Below, piece after piece: positions 28,958 to 39,041 of a stretch of DNA of 64,000 bases. The stretch comes from Candidatus Poribacteria bacterium (GTDB lineage: Bacteria; Poribacteria; WGA-4E; WGA-3G). A program made the translations under genes and the position numbers. The notes beneath the pieces were generated by a model. It did no database searches, was not told the DNA's origin, and worked only from the letters and a program-made list of their open reading frames with translations. The DNA lies in the NCBI GenBank assembly GCA_965242965.1, contig OZ251518.1, forward strand, positions 2,464,001 to 2,528,000, given 5' to 3'. Position 1 is the first letter of the stretch. Each line of letters opens with the position of its first letter.

Positions 28958-29250
28958 GATCGCGGGGGAAACCCTCTCGGATGCGCGTATGGCATCCGAG
29001 GGCCCCCGCGCTACGGTATCCGGAAACGGCTCCCTTTACCGTAGGGCGAGGGCCTGTCCCTCGCCATGCAACGATCGCGGGGGACAGGCCCCCGCGCTAC
29101 GGGCCCGGATGGGGTTCTCCTCTCCATGCGCCGTTCGGGATTAGGCGATCCCGAACTACGGTTACTAGGGCACGCCGACGATCGCGGGGGACAGGCCCCC
29201 GCGCTACGGGACTCTGTAGTTTGCGATCGCCTGATCGCAAATGGCCCCGC
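28958..29250. repeat. REP-like palindrome cluster
   Basis: Same GTAG hairpin families plus the nested CTCGGATGC...GCATCCGAG element. Confidence 0.85.
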
Positions 29251-29280
29251 GATGTTGAGCAAATTATGAAACCCCCTCAT

Positions 29281-30630
29281 CTAACCCGCCAACCGCCGCA
29301 ACACATTATGCGTTATCCTTTCAACAACCACATCACCACCTGCTAAACCGTGGGACCAGTCTGTCGTCGCCGCTGTGAAGACAGTGCCGCCTTTTGTATA
29401 GATACCCATCGTCGCCGCACCCGTGCGGCCCTTTTCCCACCGCTCATACCACTCACAATCATCGGGATGCCAGCGGACCGGGGCAGTCGCGAGGACAGTA
29501 AACCCCGCCGGGGTCCCGTCGCGATGCGTCGGGACAGGGAGGCCATTCTCATAAATTAACTCGCAGCCATCGCATTCATAACCGACAATCGTGTCTTTTC
29601 CGCCGAAGGTGTCGTTCCGCGAAAGGTTCGTGCCTTCAAATACCCAATGTTCAGGACGATGCACCGTGTATTCCGCCGGGCCATCCATGAATTGTCCATG
29701 GCTCCGATGATAGCCGCCATACAAGAACCCAACCCCTGTCAACGCATTTTCCGGTCTGCCAACGAGATGGTGACTCCACAAGGTGCTCAGTGTGCTATAA
29801 TCCCCGGTTTTGTAAACCGGATCTTGGTGAAAATTCTGTTTCCAGCAGACGAGCGCGCGACCTGCATCTTCGGAACGCACCTGCCAACAGACTGAATTGC
29901 CGCTAAAAAACGCTGCGTTTCCGCCGTTGGAAATGAACGTTTCAAGAGAATCTCGCATTGCGGAAGACCAGTACTCATCGTGTCCGATGCTCAACACCAA
30001 CCGATAGTTCTCCAAAAGTTCTGGACAGAATTCCAAATCAGAATTCGCGGCGTAATCCAGCGCGTAACCGTTCTGCTCTGCCCAAATAATAAAAGGCAAT
30101 TCCCACTGCTTGAAGATGCCGACGGCAGGCCTGTCAAAAGAGACGCGATTGCCCTGCAACTGGCTTCGTCCGTGATACCCATACAGACTGAAGCCTCCCC
30201 AATTGTTATAGGCGTTATAGGTATTGGTAGAGAGTTGGAGCAAAATAGGGGTATCCGCCGCTGGCTTCGCCGGGCGCACGATGAAAAAGAGTTTGCTTTC
30301 GGCGGTGCGGCGGTTTCTATAAACGTAAGTGCCGCCGCTATCTGTCGCGCGGAGTGTGCCTTCATAATAGCCGCTCTGCCACGTTTCTGGCACGGCAAGC
30401 GTGAAAGATGTCGGCCAGCCGCATCCGTGCGATGAGGCATCTTCGGGGATAGGATGCGCCGCACCGGGGAGTTCGGATTGGTTAAAGACAACTTCGCGCG
30501 TCGCGCCGAGGCGCGCAATCTCAAGCGAATAGTGCGCCGCACTCGTTGAAACGCGGAATTCAACCTCTTCGCCGGGCGCGTAACTCAGCTGGTGTGTGTA
30601 TCCGTCAATATAGAGCGTGCTGGTTTCCAT
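29281..30630 (-). CDS. N,N-dimethylformamidase beta-subunit family domain protein
   Basis: 'NTYNAYNNWGG.SLY', 'VSFDRP', 'GHDEYWS', 'FFSGN', 'GYECDG'. Confidence 0.82.
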   Translation of the reverse strand: METSTLYIDGYTHQLSYAPGEEVEFRVSTSAAHYSLEIARLGATREVVFNQSELPGAAHPIPEDASSHGCGWPTSFTLAVPETWQSGYYEGTLRATDSGGTYVYRNRRTAESKLFFIVRPAKPAADTPILLQLSTNTYNAYNNWGGFSLYGYHGRSQLQGNRVSFDRPAVGIFKQWELPFIIWAEQNGYALDYAANSDLEFCPELLENYRLVLSIGHDEYWSSAMRDSLETFISNGGNAAFFSGNSVCWQVRSEDAGRALVCWKQNFHQDPVYKTGDYSTLSTLWSHHLVGRPENALTGVGFLYGGYHRSHGQFMDGPAEYTVHRPEHWVFEGTNLSRNDTFGGKDTIVGYECDGCELIYENGLPVPTHRDGTPAGFTVLATAPVRWHPDDCEWYERWEKGRTGAATMGIYTKGGTVFTAATTDWSHGLAGGDVVVERITHNVLRRLAG

Positions 30631-30685
30631 GGAGATCCTCCTTTGTCATTTAGCATGAGGGTGTGTCATAAATCGATGCCCGCGG

Positions 30686-31000
30686 GGTAGGAGAGACCTC
30701 CTGGTCTCGATGCGGTAGGTCGGCGAGCCTACCAGGGCAGCGGCGGCAGAAAGCCACCCTTCATCGTAGGGCGAGGGCCTGTCCGTCGCCATCGTTCGCG
30801 CTACGGAAAAAACGTCTCTGGTTCTCTTCAGGTCCTAAAGGACCTAAAACGCCATCTCTTGACGATGGCCAACGCGGGGGAAACCCGCTCGCCTGCGCGT
30901 ATGGCATCCGAGGGCCCCACGCTACGGGATAATCGAGACCGGGAGGTTTCTCCTACCAAGAGGGCATCGCTTGCAGCGAGACCGGGAGGTCTCTCCTACC
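30686..31000. repeat. REP-like palindrome cluster
   Basis: GTAGGAGAGACCTCCTGGTCTC, GTAGGTCGGCGAGCCTAC, GTAGGGCGAGGG and AGGTCCTAAAGGACCT elements. Confidence 0.8.
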
Positions 31001-31133
31001 GAAACGGAGTTATGAAACACCGTCATTTAGCATATCATTTTATCGGCGGAATGTCAAGTGCAAGAAATTTCTTGCATTTTTCTGTGAAATTCGGCATAAT
31101 AAGAGATGCAAACTTACAGATGGGGATAATTAG

Positions 31134-32168
31134 ATGACACGTGTGCCTTTCCAGACGTTGCGGGAACAATTTTATCGCGTCCTCGCCAGCGTCGGATTTA
31201 CCGGTGAGCGTGCGCGATTGTGCGCACGGCTGTTCGCCGAAAACCAACGCGACGGCGTTTATTCGCACGGACTGAACAGATTTCCTGGCTTCGTTGAGGG
31301 CCTCCGTAACAGAGCCATCAATTTTCGCGCCGTGCCGGTGAGAACCGAGAGTTTCGGTGCGCTGGAACGGTGGAACGGCAATATGGGAGTCGGGCTCGTC
31401 AACGCGCATTTCTGCATGCAACGCGCTATGGAAATCGCTGAAGCTAACGGTATCGGCTGCGTTGGGCTCTCAAATACGAACCACTGGATGCGCGGGGGTG
31501 CTTACGCGTTAATGGCAGCCGATACCGGTTACATCGGCATTTGTTGGACGAATACCACGAAACTGATGCCGCCGTGGGGCGCAACGGAAAAAAAGGTGGG
31601 GAATAACCCCATGGCAATCGCTATTCCTCGCGCAAAAGGGCACATTCTGCTGGATATGGCGATGAGCCAATATTCAAACGGGAAGTTGGAGGTGTTGAAG
31701 CTGCAAGGCAAGCAACTGCCGCTACCCGGTGGATACGATAGTGGTGGAAACCTTACAGTGGAACCGGGCGAGATTCTTGATTCCGGAAGGCCACTGCCTA
31801 TCGGCTATTGGAAAGGTTCCGGGCTCGCGTTGGTGCTGGATGCAATGGCGGCCGGCATTTCGGGTGGACAGGCAACGCATACCATCGCGCAGCAAGGTTC
31901 AGAATACGCTGTCTCCCAAGTCTACATTGCCATTAATGCCGCGCGCTTGATGGGACAAGCGGCGTTAGATGAAATGGTGGAAGCCATCATCGCCGATTTC
32001 CACACCGCTACGCCTTTAGACAAAAACGAAGGCGTGCGCTACCCAGGCGAAGGGATGCTCAGGACGCGTCACGAAAGTCTGGAAAAGGGAGTCGTCGTAG
32101 ACGAGGCGCAATGGCAGGCGTTGTTGGCAATAGAAACAGCGACAAACCAACTGGGAGAAGAATCATGA
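31134..32168 (+). CDS. yiaK: 3-dehydro-L-gulonate 2-dehydrogenase (2,3-diketo-L-gulonate reductase), Ldh_2 family
   Basis: 'DGVYSHGLNRFP', 'NTNHWMRGG.Y', 'ICWTNT', 'PIGYWKGSGL', 'SQVYIAI'. Confidence 0.88.
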   Translation: MTRVPFQTLREQFYRVLASVGFTGERARLCARLFAENQRDGVYSHGLNRFPGFVEGLRNRAINFRAVPVRTESFGALERWNGNMGVGLVNAHFCMQRAMEIAEANGIGCVGLSNTNHWMRGGAYALMAADTGYIGICWTNTTKLMPPWGATEKKVGNNPMAIAIPRAKGHILLDMAMSQYSNGKLEVLKLQGKQLPLPGGYDSGGNLTVEPGEILDSGRPLPIGYWKGSGLALVLDAMAAGISGGQATHTIAQQGSEYAVSQVYIAINAARLMGQAALDEMVEAIIADFHTATPLDKNEGVRYPGEGMLRTRHESLEKGVVVDEAQWQALLAIETATNQLGEES

Positions 32169-33289
32169 CACTACGTGCAGGCATCGTCGGGTGTGGTGGG
32201 ATTAGCCGGAGCCACGCCGCCGCTTACGCAAATCTGGAAGATGTCCGCCTCGCCGCGCTGTGCGATATCAATCGCGAGGCACTCAACACTCGCGCCGATG
32301 AATACGATGTCCCAAGCCGATACCTTGACTACGAGGAGATGTTCGCAACCGAGGAGTTGGATATCGTGAGCGTCTGCACACACGCGCCGTTGCACGCACC
32401 TATCGCAATCGCCGCGGCGAACGCCGGCATCCACGTCTTATCCGAAAAGCCGTTGTCGGTGGATTTAGAAACCGCCGACCGGATGTTAGCGGCGTGTGAA
32501 ACCGCGGGAGTCCACTTGGCAGTCAGTCATCAGTTTCGGTTTACGCCGCTGTTCCGGCATGCTAAAGCGTGGATTGACGAAGGACGCATCGGCGAACTCC
32601 GTTCTATCCGCGAGGTAGGCAAGGGACGCGAAGCAGGATTTGAACTGATGGAGATGGGCGTTCACTATTTCGACGAGATGGACTTTTTCCTAGATGGCAT
32701 CGCATGGATTCAGGCACACATCACCTATCAAGGACACGATGTCACGGCGGCGGACATTATGCACAGCAGTGAACTTTGCAAAACCGACCGGCGTGATAAC
32801 GGTATCGTCGCGGGGGATACGATGCTGGTGCATATCGGCGGCGCGCGTGGAAACTACGGGATTATGGAACTCTACCGCCGTCCTCGCACACAGAATTGGA
32901 TGATGGGCCCGCATCTTCTCGGTGCGGAGGGGCAACTCATCATCAAGCCTCACCCTGATACCGGCATCGATGAAATGTGGCACTGCCCCTCGGATGTCGC
33001 CTTTGCGGCGCATACCCCCGCATGGGAACGGGTAGAACTTGAACCCGAAGCGTCTCTTATCGCCGGAAAAGCGTGGCCGATGCGGCACACTATCTGGAGT
33101 GCCAAAAACATGCGCGACGCGATTCTCAACGGAACGGCACCCGAACTCGGCGGACGTAACGCGGTTACCTCGCTTGAGTGCGTCAGCGCAACCTATGTCT
33201 CCCATTTTAGTGGGACAAAAGTGCGGTTGCCCTTGACAGAACGGAGTCATCCGCTTGTGGCTATCTCTAACAGAGGAGAAACTATATGA
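32165..33289 (+). CDS. Gfo/Idh/MocA family oxidoreductase
   Basis: 'GIVGCGGIS', 'HVLSEKP', 'MGVHYFD'; ATG overlaps the yiaK stop. Confidence 0.9.
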   Translation: MTLRAGIVGCGGISRSHAAAYANLEDVRLAALCDINREALNTRADEYDVPSRYLDYEEMFATEELDIVSVCTHAPLHAPIAIAAANAGIHVLSEKPLSVDLETADRMLAACETAGVHLAVSHQFRFTPLFRHAKAWIDEGRIGELRSIREVGKGREAGFELMEMGVHYFDEMDFFLDGIAWIQAHITYQGHDVTAADIMHSSELCKTDRRDNGIVAGDTMLVHIGGARGNYGIMELYRRPRTQNWMMGPHLLGAEGQLIIKPHPDTGIDEMWHCPSDVAFAAHTPAWERVELEPEASLIAGKAWPMRHTIWSAKNMRDAILNGTAPELGGRNAVTSLECVSATYVSHFSGTKVRLPLTERSHPLVAISNRGETI

Positions 33290-34134
33290 AACTTGCTTTC
33301 TTTAACGACTACCAACTCGGTGTGGTAACGGATGCTGGCATCGTTGACATCGGCGATGCACTCAGCGGCATCTCGTATCGCACCCCGCAAGAATTGATGA
33401 AAACGGTGATAACGGATTTTGATAACCTGCGTCCGGCGATAGAGGACGCAGCCGAAAACGGCGAGGCAATCGCTGTCGATAGCGTCAGTTTTAAAGCACC
33501 GCTGCCGCGTCCGGGACAACTCGTCTGTATGGCAGGCAACTACATTGAACCCGATAGTCCGTCGCGCGGCGATTTCAACGCCTTCCTCAAATCGCCCACC
33601 GGCGTTATCGCCACGAACGAGACAGTTCAGTTGCCGAAGGCTGATGTTACCGTGTTTCACTTTGAGCCGGAACTCGCGATTGTCATCGGCAAAACGGCGA
33701 AGCATCTTTCTGAAGAAAATGCGTTAGATTGCGTGTTCGGTTACACGCAGTTTATTGACGTGTCGGCGCGCGGCTTGCCGGGCGGCTTCTTTTTAGGGAA
33801 GAGTTGGCATACGTTCGCACCGATGGGGCCCGCGCTCGTCACCGCTGACGAAGTTGCCGATGGAAACGCACTCGGCGTGAAACTCTGGATTAACGACAAC
33901 TTGCAACACGATTTCTCTACTAACTCCATGGCACGGTTTCTCCCCGAATTGTTGGCGGAGGTTACCAACGTGCTGACGCTGGAGCCAGGGGATATCGTAT
34001 CGACAGGGACGCATCACGAAGCACTCACCGCCATCGGCGATGGCGATACGGTGAAGTTGTCCATAGAAGGCTTCGGACCGGAACTGGCAGTCTCTGTGCG
34101 CGACCCGCTGAAAAGGACGGAGTGGCGCGGGTAA
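33286..34134 (+). CDS. Fumarylacetoacetate hydrolase family protein
   Basis: 'FLKSP', 'HFEPELAIVIGK', 'DVSAR', 'GKSWHTFAPMGP', 'GDIVSTGT'. Confidence 0.92.
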   Translation: MKLAFFNDYQLGVVTDAGIVDIGDALSGISYRTPQELMKTVITDFDNLRPAIEDAAENGEAIAVDSVSFKAPLPRPGQLVCMAGNYIEPDSPSRGDFNAFLKSPTGVIATNETVQLPKADVTVFHFEPELAIVIGKTAKHLSEENALDCVFGYTQFIDVSARGLPGGFFLGKSWHTFAPMGPALVTADEVADGNALGVKLWINDNLQHDFSTNSMARFLPELLAEVTNVLTLEPGDIVSTGTHHEALTAIGDGDTVKLSIEGFGPELAVSVRDPLKRTEWRG

Positions 34135-34142
34135 GAAAAAAC

Positions 34143-34172
34143 TTGACAATCGCACCGATTTTTGTGTATAAT
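34143..34172 (+). promoter_or_regulatory. Sigma70-type promoter
   Basis: TTGACA-18 bp-TATAAT. Confidence 0.6.
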
Positions 34173-34266
34173 AATGTTGTCGTTCGCAATGCGTTTGGCG
34201 GACCGGGACATTTTGACGTTGTTAAGAATTATGCTTCCTGTTTTTTGACAATAAGGAGACTCATCA

Positions 34267-35193
34267 ATGAAAAAACCCAAAAATATCGTCGTTCTGGCAC
34301 TCTTCGCGGTTTTTTGCGCGTGGATAGCCGGATGCGGCGGCTGTAATCCGGAACCCATGCCGACTGGGATGAACCCTACGCAGGGCCCCGAGAACGGCGG
34401 CACAACCGTCCGGATTACTGGCGAAAAATTTGATATGAAAAACGGCGTAACCGTCACATTCGACGGGAAGGCCGCGCAAAGCGTGACAGTACCGAGCCAG
34501 ACAGAAATCAGTGCCGTGGCACCGGGCGGCATGGCAGGACAATCTGTCGCCGTTGTCGTCACAAACAAAGGGAAACCTGAAGTGCAGGCGACGGTGCCGC
34601 AGCAGTTCACCTACACCGATGCAACACCACCGACGGTGACAATGACAGAGCCGAGCGATGGCACTGTCTTCTCTGACTACGAAGATTCGCTGAATGTGCG
34701 AAATAGCCTCTCGGTGACGTTCAGCGAACCGATTAGCAGCGATAGTGTCTCAATCAGTGTGGCTGTGGCTAAAACAGAGGATGCCATGAGCGAGCCGATG
34801 GAGGCGATGCTCCCTGGCACCGTGAGCGGTATCGGTGATTCTGTAACGTTCACCTCCGACATGCCGATGCGCGCGGGCCGCATGTATACCGTCACCGTCT
34901 CCGGTGCCACTGACATGGCGGGCAATGCTCTCGCGAGTGCGCATAGTTTCAGTTTCAGTGTGACGAGCCCGGAGGCAGTCTACAAGTATTACGTTCAGGA
35001 AGAAGATATTCAGGACGGCAACGGTGAACCTGCGCTCAAACGCATCGCCGCGCGCCCTGAGATTTTTGATAATGCCGAACAGTGGGAACGACTGATTGCC
35101 GCAAATCAGGACTATTACGTCTTCGACCGGAAGAGACTGAGCATTGGGCAGTTGCTGCTGATTCCACGTGGCTCTGCCTGGGGCGATAAGTAG
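34267..35193 (+). CDS. Putative lipoprotein with IPT/TIG, Ig-like (Big_5-like) and C-terminal LysM-like domains
   Basis: Lipobox-like 'IAGC'; 'P..GPENGGTTVRITGEKF'; 'DATPPTV...P', 'VTFSEPI', 'D.AGN.L'; 'L.RIAA......W..L..AN......L.IGQ.L.IP'. Confidence 0.8.
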   Translation: MKKPKNIVVLALFAVFCAWIAGCGGCNPEPMPTGMNPTQGPENGGTTVRITGEKFDMKNGVTVTFDGKAAQSVTVPSQTEISAVAPGGMAGQSVAVVVTNKGKPEVQATVPQQFTYTDATPPTVTMTEPSDGTVFSDYEDSLNVRNSLSVTFSEPISSDSVSISVAVAKTEDAMSEPMEAMLPGTVSGIGDSVTFTSDMPMRAGRMYTVTVSGATDMAGNALASAHSFSFSVTSPEAVYKYYVQEEDIQDGNGEPALKRIAARPEIFDNAEQWERLIAANQDYYVFDRKRLSIGQLLLIPRGSAWGDK

Positions 35194-35240
35194 CCTTCAT
35201 AAGCGCGCTTTGCAAGCGTGCACCGACTGACGAACTGACG

Positions 35241-35272
35241 AAAAAGCCGTGTAACTACTACACGGCTTTTTT
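35241..35272 (+). terminator. Intrinsic terminator, probably bidirectional
   Basis: AAAAAGCCGTGTA-ACTAC-TACACGGCTTTTTT. Confidence 0.8.
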
Positions 35273-35293
35273 CATCAAAGGAACACGAAAACG

Positions 35294-37015
35294 ATGTTTG
35301 GCACTCAAAACCATCCCGATAAACGCCTCGCTGAATACCGAAGCAATTTGACAGGCACCAAACACCTCCACCGCTTAACGCCGATGCGTCCAGTGCCGAA
35401 TCAACCGATTACAGTGCATGTCACAACCTCTGGCGGGCTCCCTTACGATGTTGTCCGCTGTTGGATAAACGAAACTGCGTTTGACCTTGGCGTGGATAAA
35501 ACGGAATGGAATTCGCTTGAATGGCGATACGTTCAGCATTGGCACGGGAAAATTCCTCCGCAACCCAGCGGCACACTTCTCAACTATCGCATTGGCGGAC
35601 GCGTTATGGGCTCGGATACATGGATTTTTGCGGACAACCAAGCGCGCACGAAATCCGCCGCAACCGAATTTGCCATTGCCATTGACGATTATGAGATACC
35701 CGAATGGGCACGCAACGCCGTTATCTACCATATTTTCCTTGACAGGTTTTATCCCGGCGATGGGGTGCCGTGGAAGAAACCGACGAATCTCTCCGGATTT
35801 TTCGGTGGCACGTTACGCGGCGCGATTCAGAAGTTGGACTACATCCAGTCGCTTGGATGCAACGCGGTTTGGCTCTCACCGCTCTTCGCGAGTCCCTCGC
35901 ACCACGGTTACGATGCGACAGATTACGATACGGTAGAACCACGGCTCGGCACGAACGCCGAGCTCCACGAATTAATTGACGAAGCACATCGACGCGGCAT
36001 CCGCATTATTATGGACTTCGTTGCCAATCACTGGGCTGACCAACATCCAACCTTTCAAGATGCACAGCGGGATGCAGACAGTGAGTATCGGGAATGGTAT
36101 ACGTGGCAGCGATGGCCTGATGAATACGCCAGTTTCTTCGGGGTGAAGGGGATGCCGCAGTTGAATCTGAAGCACAAACCGGCGCGCGATGCTTTGCTGG
36201 CGTGCGCGCAGCGGTGGCTACGCGCCGGTATTGATGGGTATCGGCTGGATTACGCACCCGGCCCGCCGCGTCCATTTTGGGCAGAATTTCGCATGGCGTG
36301 CAAATCAGTGAATCCTGACGCGTTTCTGTTTGGAGAGGTGGTGAGTCATTCGGAGGTAATCGCATCGTATCTGCCGCATTTCGATGGGTGCCTCGATTTT
36401 CCGTTGGCAGATGCACTCCGAAAAACGTTCGCGTTGGAAACGTGGACACTGCAGGAGTTTGAGGCGTTCCTCGCCGCGCATGAAAACTACTTCCCGGAGG
36501 GATTCGCGCTCCCGGCGTTTTTGGACAATCACGACATGACGCGCATCCTCTACTTGGCAAAAGAAAACAAAGCGAAGGTGAGGCTGGCGGCTTTAGTGCT
36601 TTTCACGCTTCCCTGCGCGCCTATCCTTTACAATGGCACGGAGGTAGGGCTCTCACAGCGAAATCCTCTCGGTAGATTTGAGGAAGCACGCTTGCCAACT
36701 CCATGGGGAGATGAACAGGATAAAACGCTGTTGGCTTATTTCCGCCGTTTAGGCGAACTGCGCAATCAGTTTCCAGAGCTTTCTTCAGGCAAAAGGGAGG
36801 CAGTTTACCTTGATATCGGGAGTGGCACCTATGCTTATCACCGAGGTAAGGTGTTAGTTGTTCTTAATACGAGTCGCGTTCCTCGCACACTGAATATGGC
36901 AGTGCCAAACCTTTCCGATACTGCTCAAGATCTTCTCAATGGGTATCCGGTGGAAGTTTCAGGAGATGTCGTGCGAATCTCACTTCCGGCACAGAGTGGT
37001 GCCCTCATCGCCTAG
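35294..37015 (+). CDS. GH13 alpha-amylase family hydrolase (neopullulanase/cyclomaltodextrinase-like)
   Basis: 'DFVANH', 'GYRLDYA' (nucleophile Asp), 'GEVV', 'FLDNHD', 'HHGYDATDY'. Confidence 0.92.
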   Translation: MFGTQNHPDKRLAEYRSNLTGTKHLHRLTPMRPVPNQPITVHVTTSGGLPYDVVRCWINETAFDLGVDKTEWNSLEWRYVQHWHGKIPPQPSGTLLNYRIGGRVMGSDTWIFADNQARTKSAATEFAIAIDDYEIPEWARNAVIYHIFLDRFYPGDGVPWKKPTNLSGFFGGTLRGAIQKLDYIQSLGCNAVWLSPLFASPSHHGYDATDYDTVEPRLGTNAELHELIDEAHRRGIRIIMDFVANHWADQHPTFQDAQRDADSEYREWYTWQRWPDEYASFFGVKGMPQLNLKHKPARDALLACAQRWLRAGIDGYRLDYAPGPPRPFWAEFRMACKSVNPDAFLFGEVVSHSEVIASYLPHFDGCLDFPLADALRKTFALETWTLQEFEAFLAAHENYFPEGFALPAFLDNHDMTRILYLAKENKAKVRLAALVLFTLPCAPILYNGTEVGLSQRNPLGRFEEARLPTPWGDEQDKTLLAYFRRLGELRNQFPELSSGKREAVYLDIGSGTYAYHRGKVLVVLNTSRVPRTLNMAVPNLSDTAQDLLNGYPVEVSGDVVRISLPAQSGALIA

Positions 37016-37028
37016 CCAACGAAAGACA

Positions 37029-37070
37029 AAAGCACTGTGCAACTAAACAGATTGTAGTTACACAGTGCTT
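37029..37070. terminator. Hairpin between convergent genes
   Basis: AAGCACTGTGCAACTA...TAGTTACACAGTGCTT. Confidence 0.65.
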
Positions 37071-37087
37071 CTGGTTATGGCGATAGA

Positions 37088-37984
37088 CTAGTTTCCAGCG
37101 GCTCCTGCATTGTCCGTGGTGCCACCGTTTTCCGTAGTGTCTCCACCGTTGGCGGCTGTGCCGGTATCACCGTCACCACCTTCAGTACCATCGGCCCCAT
37201 CGCCAGTTGCTCCATTGGCATCGCCTGTCATGTCGGCATCGCCGCCCATGTCGCCATTGGCATCGCCTGTCATGTCGGCATCGCCTGTCATGTCAGTTTC
37301 CATGCCATCAGTCATGCCATCAGTCATGCCATCAGTCATGCCATCAGTCATGTCACCGGTATCGCCAGTGGTATCCGTGTCGCTGTCATCGTCTTCAGTC
37401 ATCTCCATCATCATCTCGGCAGGGAGTTTGACAAAGACGCTGTCGGTAGTGGCTTGCGCGTGACAGCCGTGGCATCCGGCACTACTTCCACCCGGGATAT
37501 CCCCGGCTTGCGGCATGAGTTCGGCATCCGCGGTCTCACGTTGATATTGGACGTACTGCCATCCGTTGTGGGCGGCATACATTTCGTCTTCTGTCTTCAT
37601 CATCATCGCGAGACGGAAAACGAAGGTGTTGGTATCATCCATGATTTCCTTGGCAATCGCTGTCCCGGGAGGGAAGGTTGCCATCGTCGCGTCTTTCAAT
37701 GCGGTGACCCCGGCTTCGTTGATATAAACCGTTCGGGTACCCATGCCGTGCGCTCCACCTGTTTCTTCAGCAGGGCTCGTAGCGTCAAAAGCACCAGGTG
37801 CGTCAAGCATGACACTCGTCCAGGACGCGTACTCAGCCCGTGAGTCCATCATGTCCATCATGTCGGCGGGCATCGTATCTGCGGTGGGCTCTGCCGGTGC
37901 CATCATCTTCTGTGTCCGTTCGCAGGAAACGAAGGCGACACAACAGATAAGCATAGCAATCAAGCCTAATTGAAATTTCTGCAT
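37088..37984 (-). CDS. Cytochrome P460-family lipoprotein with a long acidic low-complexity tail
   Basis: Lipobox 'FVSC'; 'VYIN', 'FPPGTAIAKE', 'GWQYVQY', heme motif 'CHGCH'; D/G/T/M-rich tail. Confidence 0.78.
   Translation of the reverse strand: MQKFQLGLIAMLICCVAFVSCERTQKMMAPAEPTADTMPADMMDMMDSRAEYASWTSVMLDAPGAFDATSPAEETGGAHGMGTRTVYINEAGVTALKDATMATFPPGTAIAKEIMDDTNTFVFRLAMMMKTEDEMYAAHNGWQYVQYQRETADAELMPQAGDIPGGSSAGCHGCHAQATTDSVFVKLPAEMMMEMTEDDDSDTDTTGDTGDMTDGMTDGMTDGMTDGMETDMTGDADMTGDANGDMGGDADMTGDANGATGDGADGTEGGDGDTGTAANGGDTTENGGTTDNAGAAGN
37301..37351 (-). repeat. Intragenic 12-bp tandem repeat (x4) encoding MTDG
   Basis: (CATGCCATCAGT)4 on the plus strand; neighbouring 18-bp repeats encode DMTGDA. 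Confidence 0.9.
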
Positions 37985-38157
37985 TGTCAATGCTCCTTAT
38001 CTATTTGAAATAAAAGGTTGTTTGTTGGGCTCAGCGAGCTCAACCTACGTTTTCACAACTTCATCAAAAATTATACCACATTTGCGATTAATTTGCAAGA
38101 AAAAAAGATTTTTTGCGACAATTTGACCTTTTTTCACAATTTTCTTTACAAAAAACG

Positions 38158-38291
38158 TTGACAAAAAATGCGCTATTTGCTAAAATAGAACCAGTTTTAA
38201 CGTTTTTAGGCGAATTTTCGCGTGAATTCGACCGGTTTCACGATTTTTCGCAAAAAAATGTTTGACATTTATTGCATTTTTCGTGTATAAT
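38158..38291 (+). promoter_or_regulatory. Two tandem sigma70-type promoters
   Basis: TTGACA-17-TAAAAT (38158-38186) and TTGACA-18-TATAAT (38262-38291). Confidence 0.65.
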
Positions 38292-39041
38292 AATTGCAAA
38301 CGTGGTGAAACGCGCGAAAAAACGCGCCACCGCGAGACTGAAACCGAACAGAGGAACGATACCGTGAACCAGCGAATTGTTTTTTCCATTGCTAATGAGG
38401 TCACCGTAGACCTGCTTGGGCACCGTGAGATGCGCGCCTGCCGTGCGTCTATGCCCGTTGTCGCGCTGTCACGACGCGTTCCCGTTCGGCTTAATGCCCA
38501 GAGGGGAGGCTCGACCCCCCCCGACACCCACAGGCGTTAAGCAAAGTTTATTCGCTTGACAGCGGCGACTTTTGTCGTCATGTCGTCTTCTACCCCGCAC
38601 GCATTCTTTGCGTGGCGGGTTATTTTCGTTGCATCGGGACTGGCCCGATGCATGTTTTCCCTGCCACATTTCCCGTTGCACTCGCTTCCGTTTTTACCTC
38701 CTCTGTTTGTCATCCCTTGTATCGGTTGGATATTCCCGCGCGTTGCTTGTGTTGGGGCAGCGCAGCTGCGCGCTTTCGCCGAGCACCTGTGGGAAGAAAT
38801 GCTGATAAGGAAGAAAAATGGCGAGGTATTGAAGGGCAGCGTGAGAACAACTGGATGTTGGCAGATGTTTTTAACTTGATGCCGCGGAAAACTTCTGATG
38901 GAGTGTTACGCATTGAAATCTAGGTGCTTTAGAGGATTGTAAGGAACTCAATAGGCATCTCCGATGCAAACTCAATGTGCATTCGGCAAGGTGTTAAATC
39001 GACAAAAGATCTGCACACTTGTCGGAAAGGAGCCTGAACCT

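Noticed and set aside
38500-38535. GGGGAGGCTCGACCCCCCCC resembling a tRNA or tmRNA T-arm
   Set aside because: No cloverleaf, acceptor stem or CCA end can be built around it.
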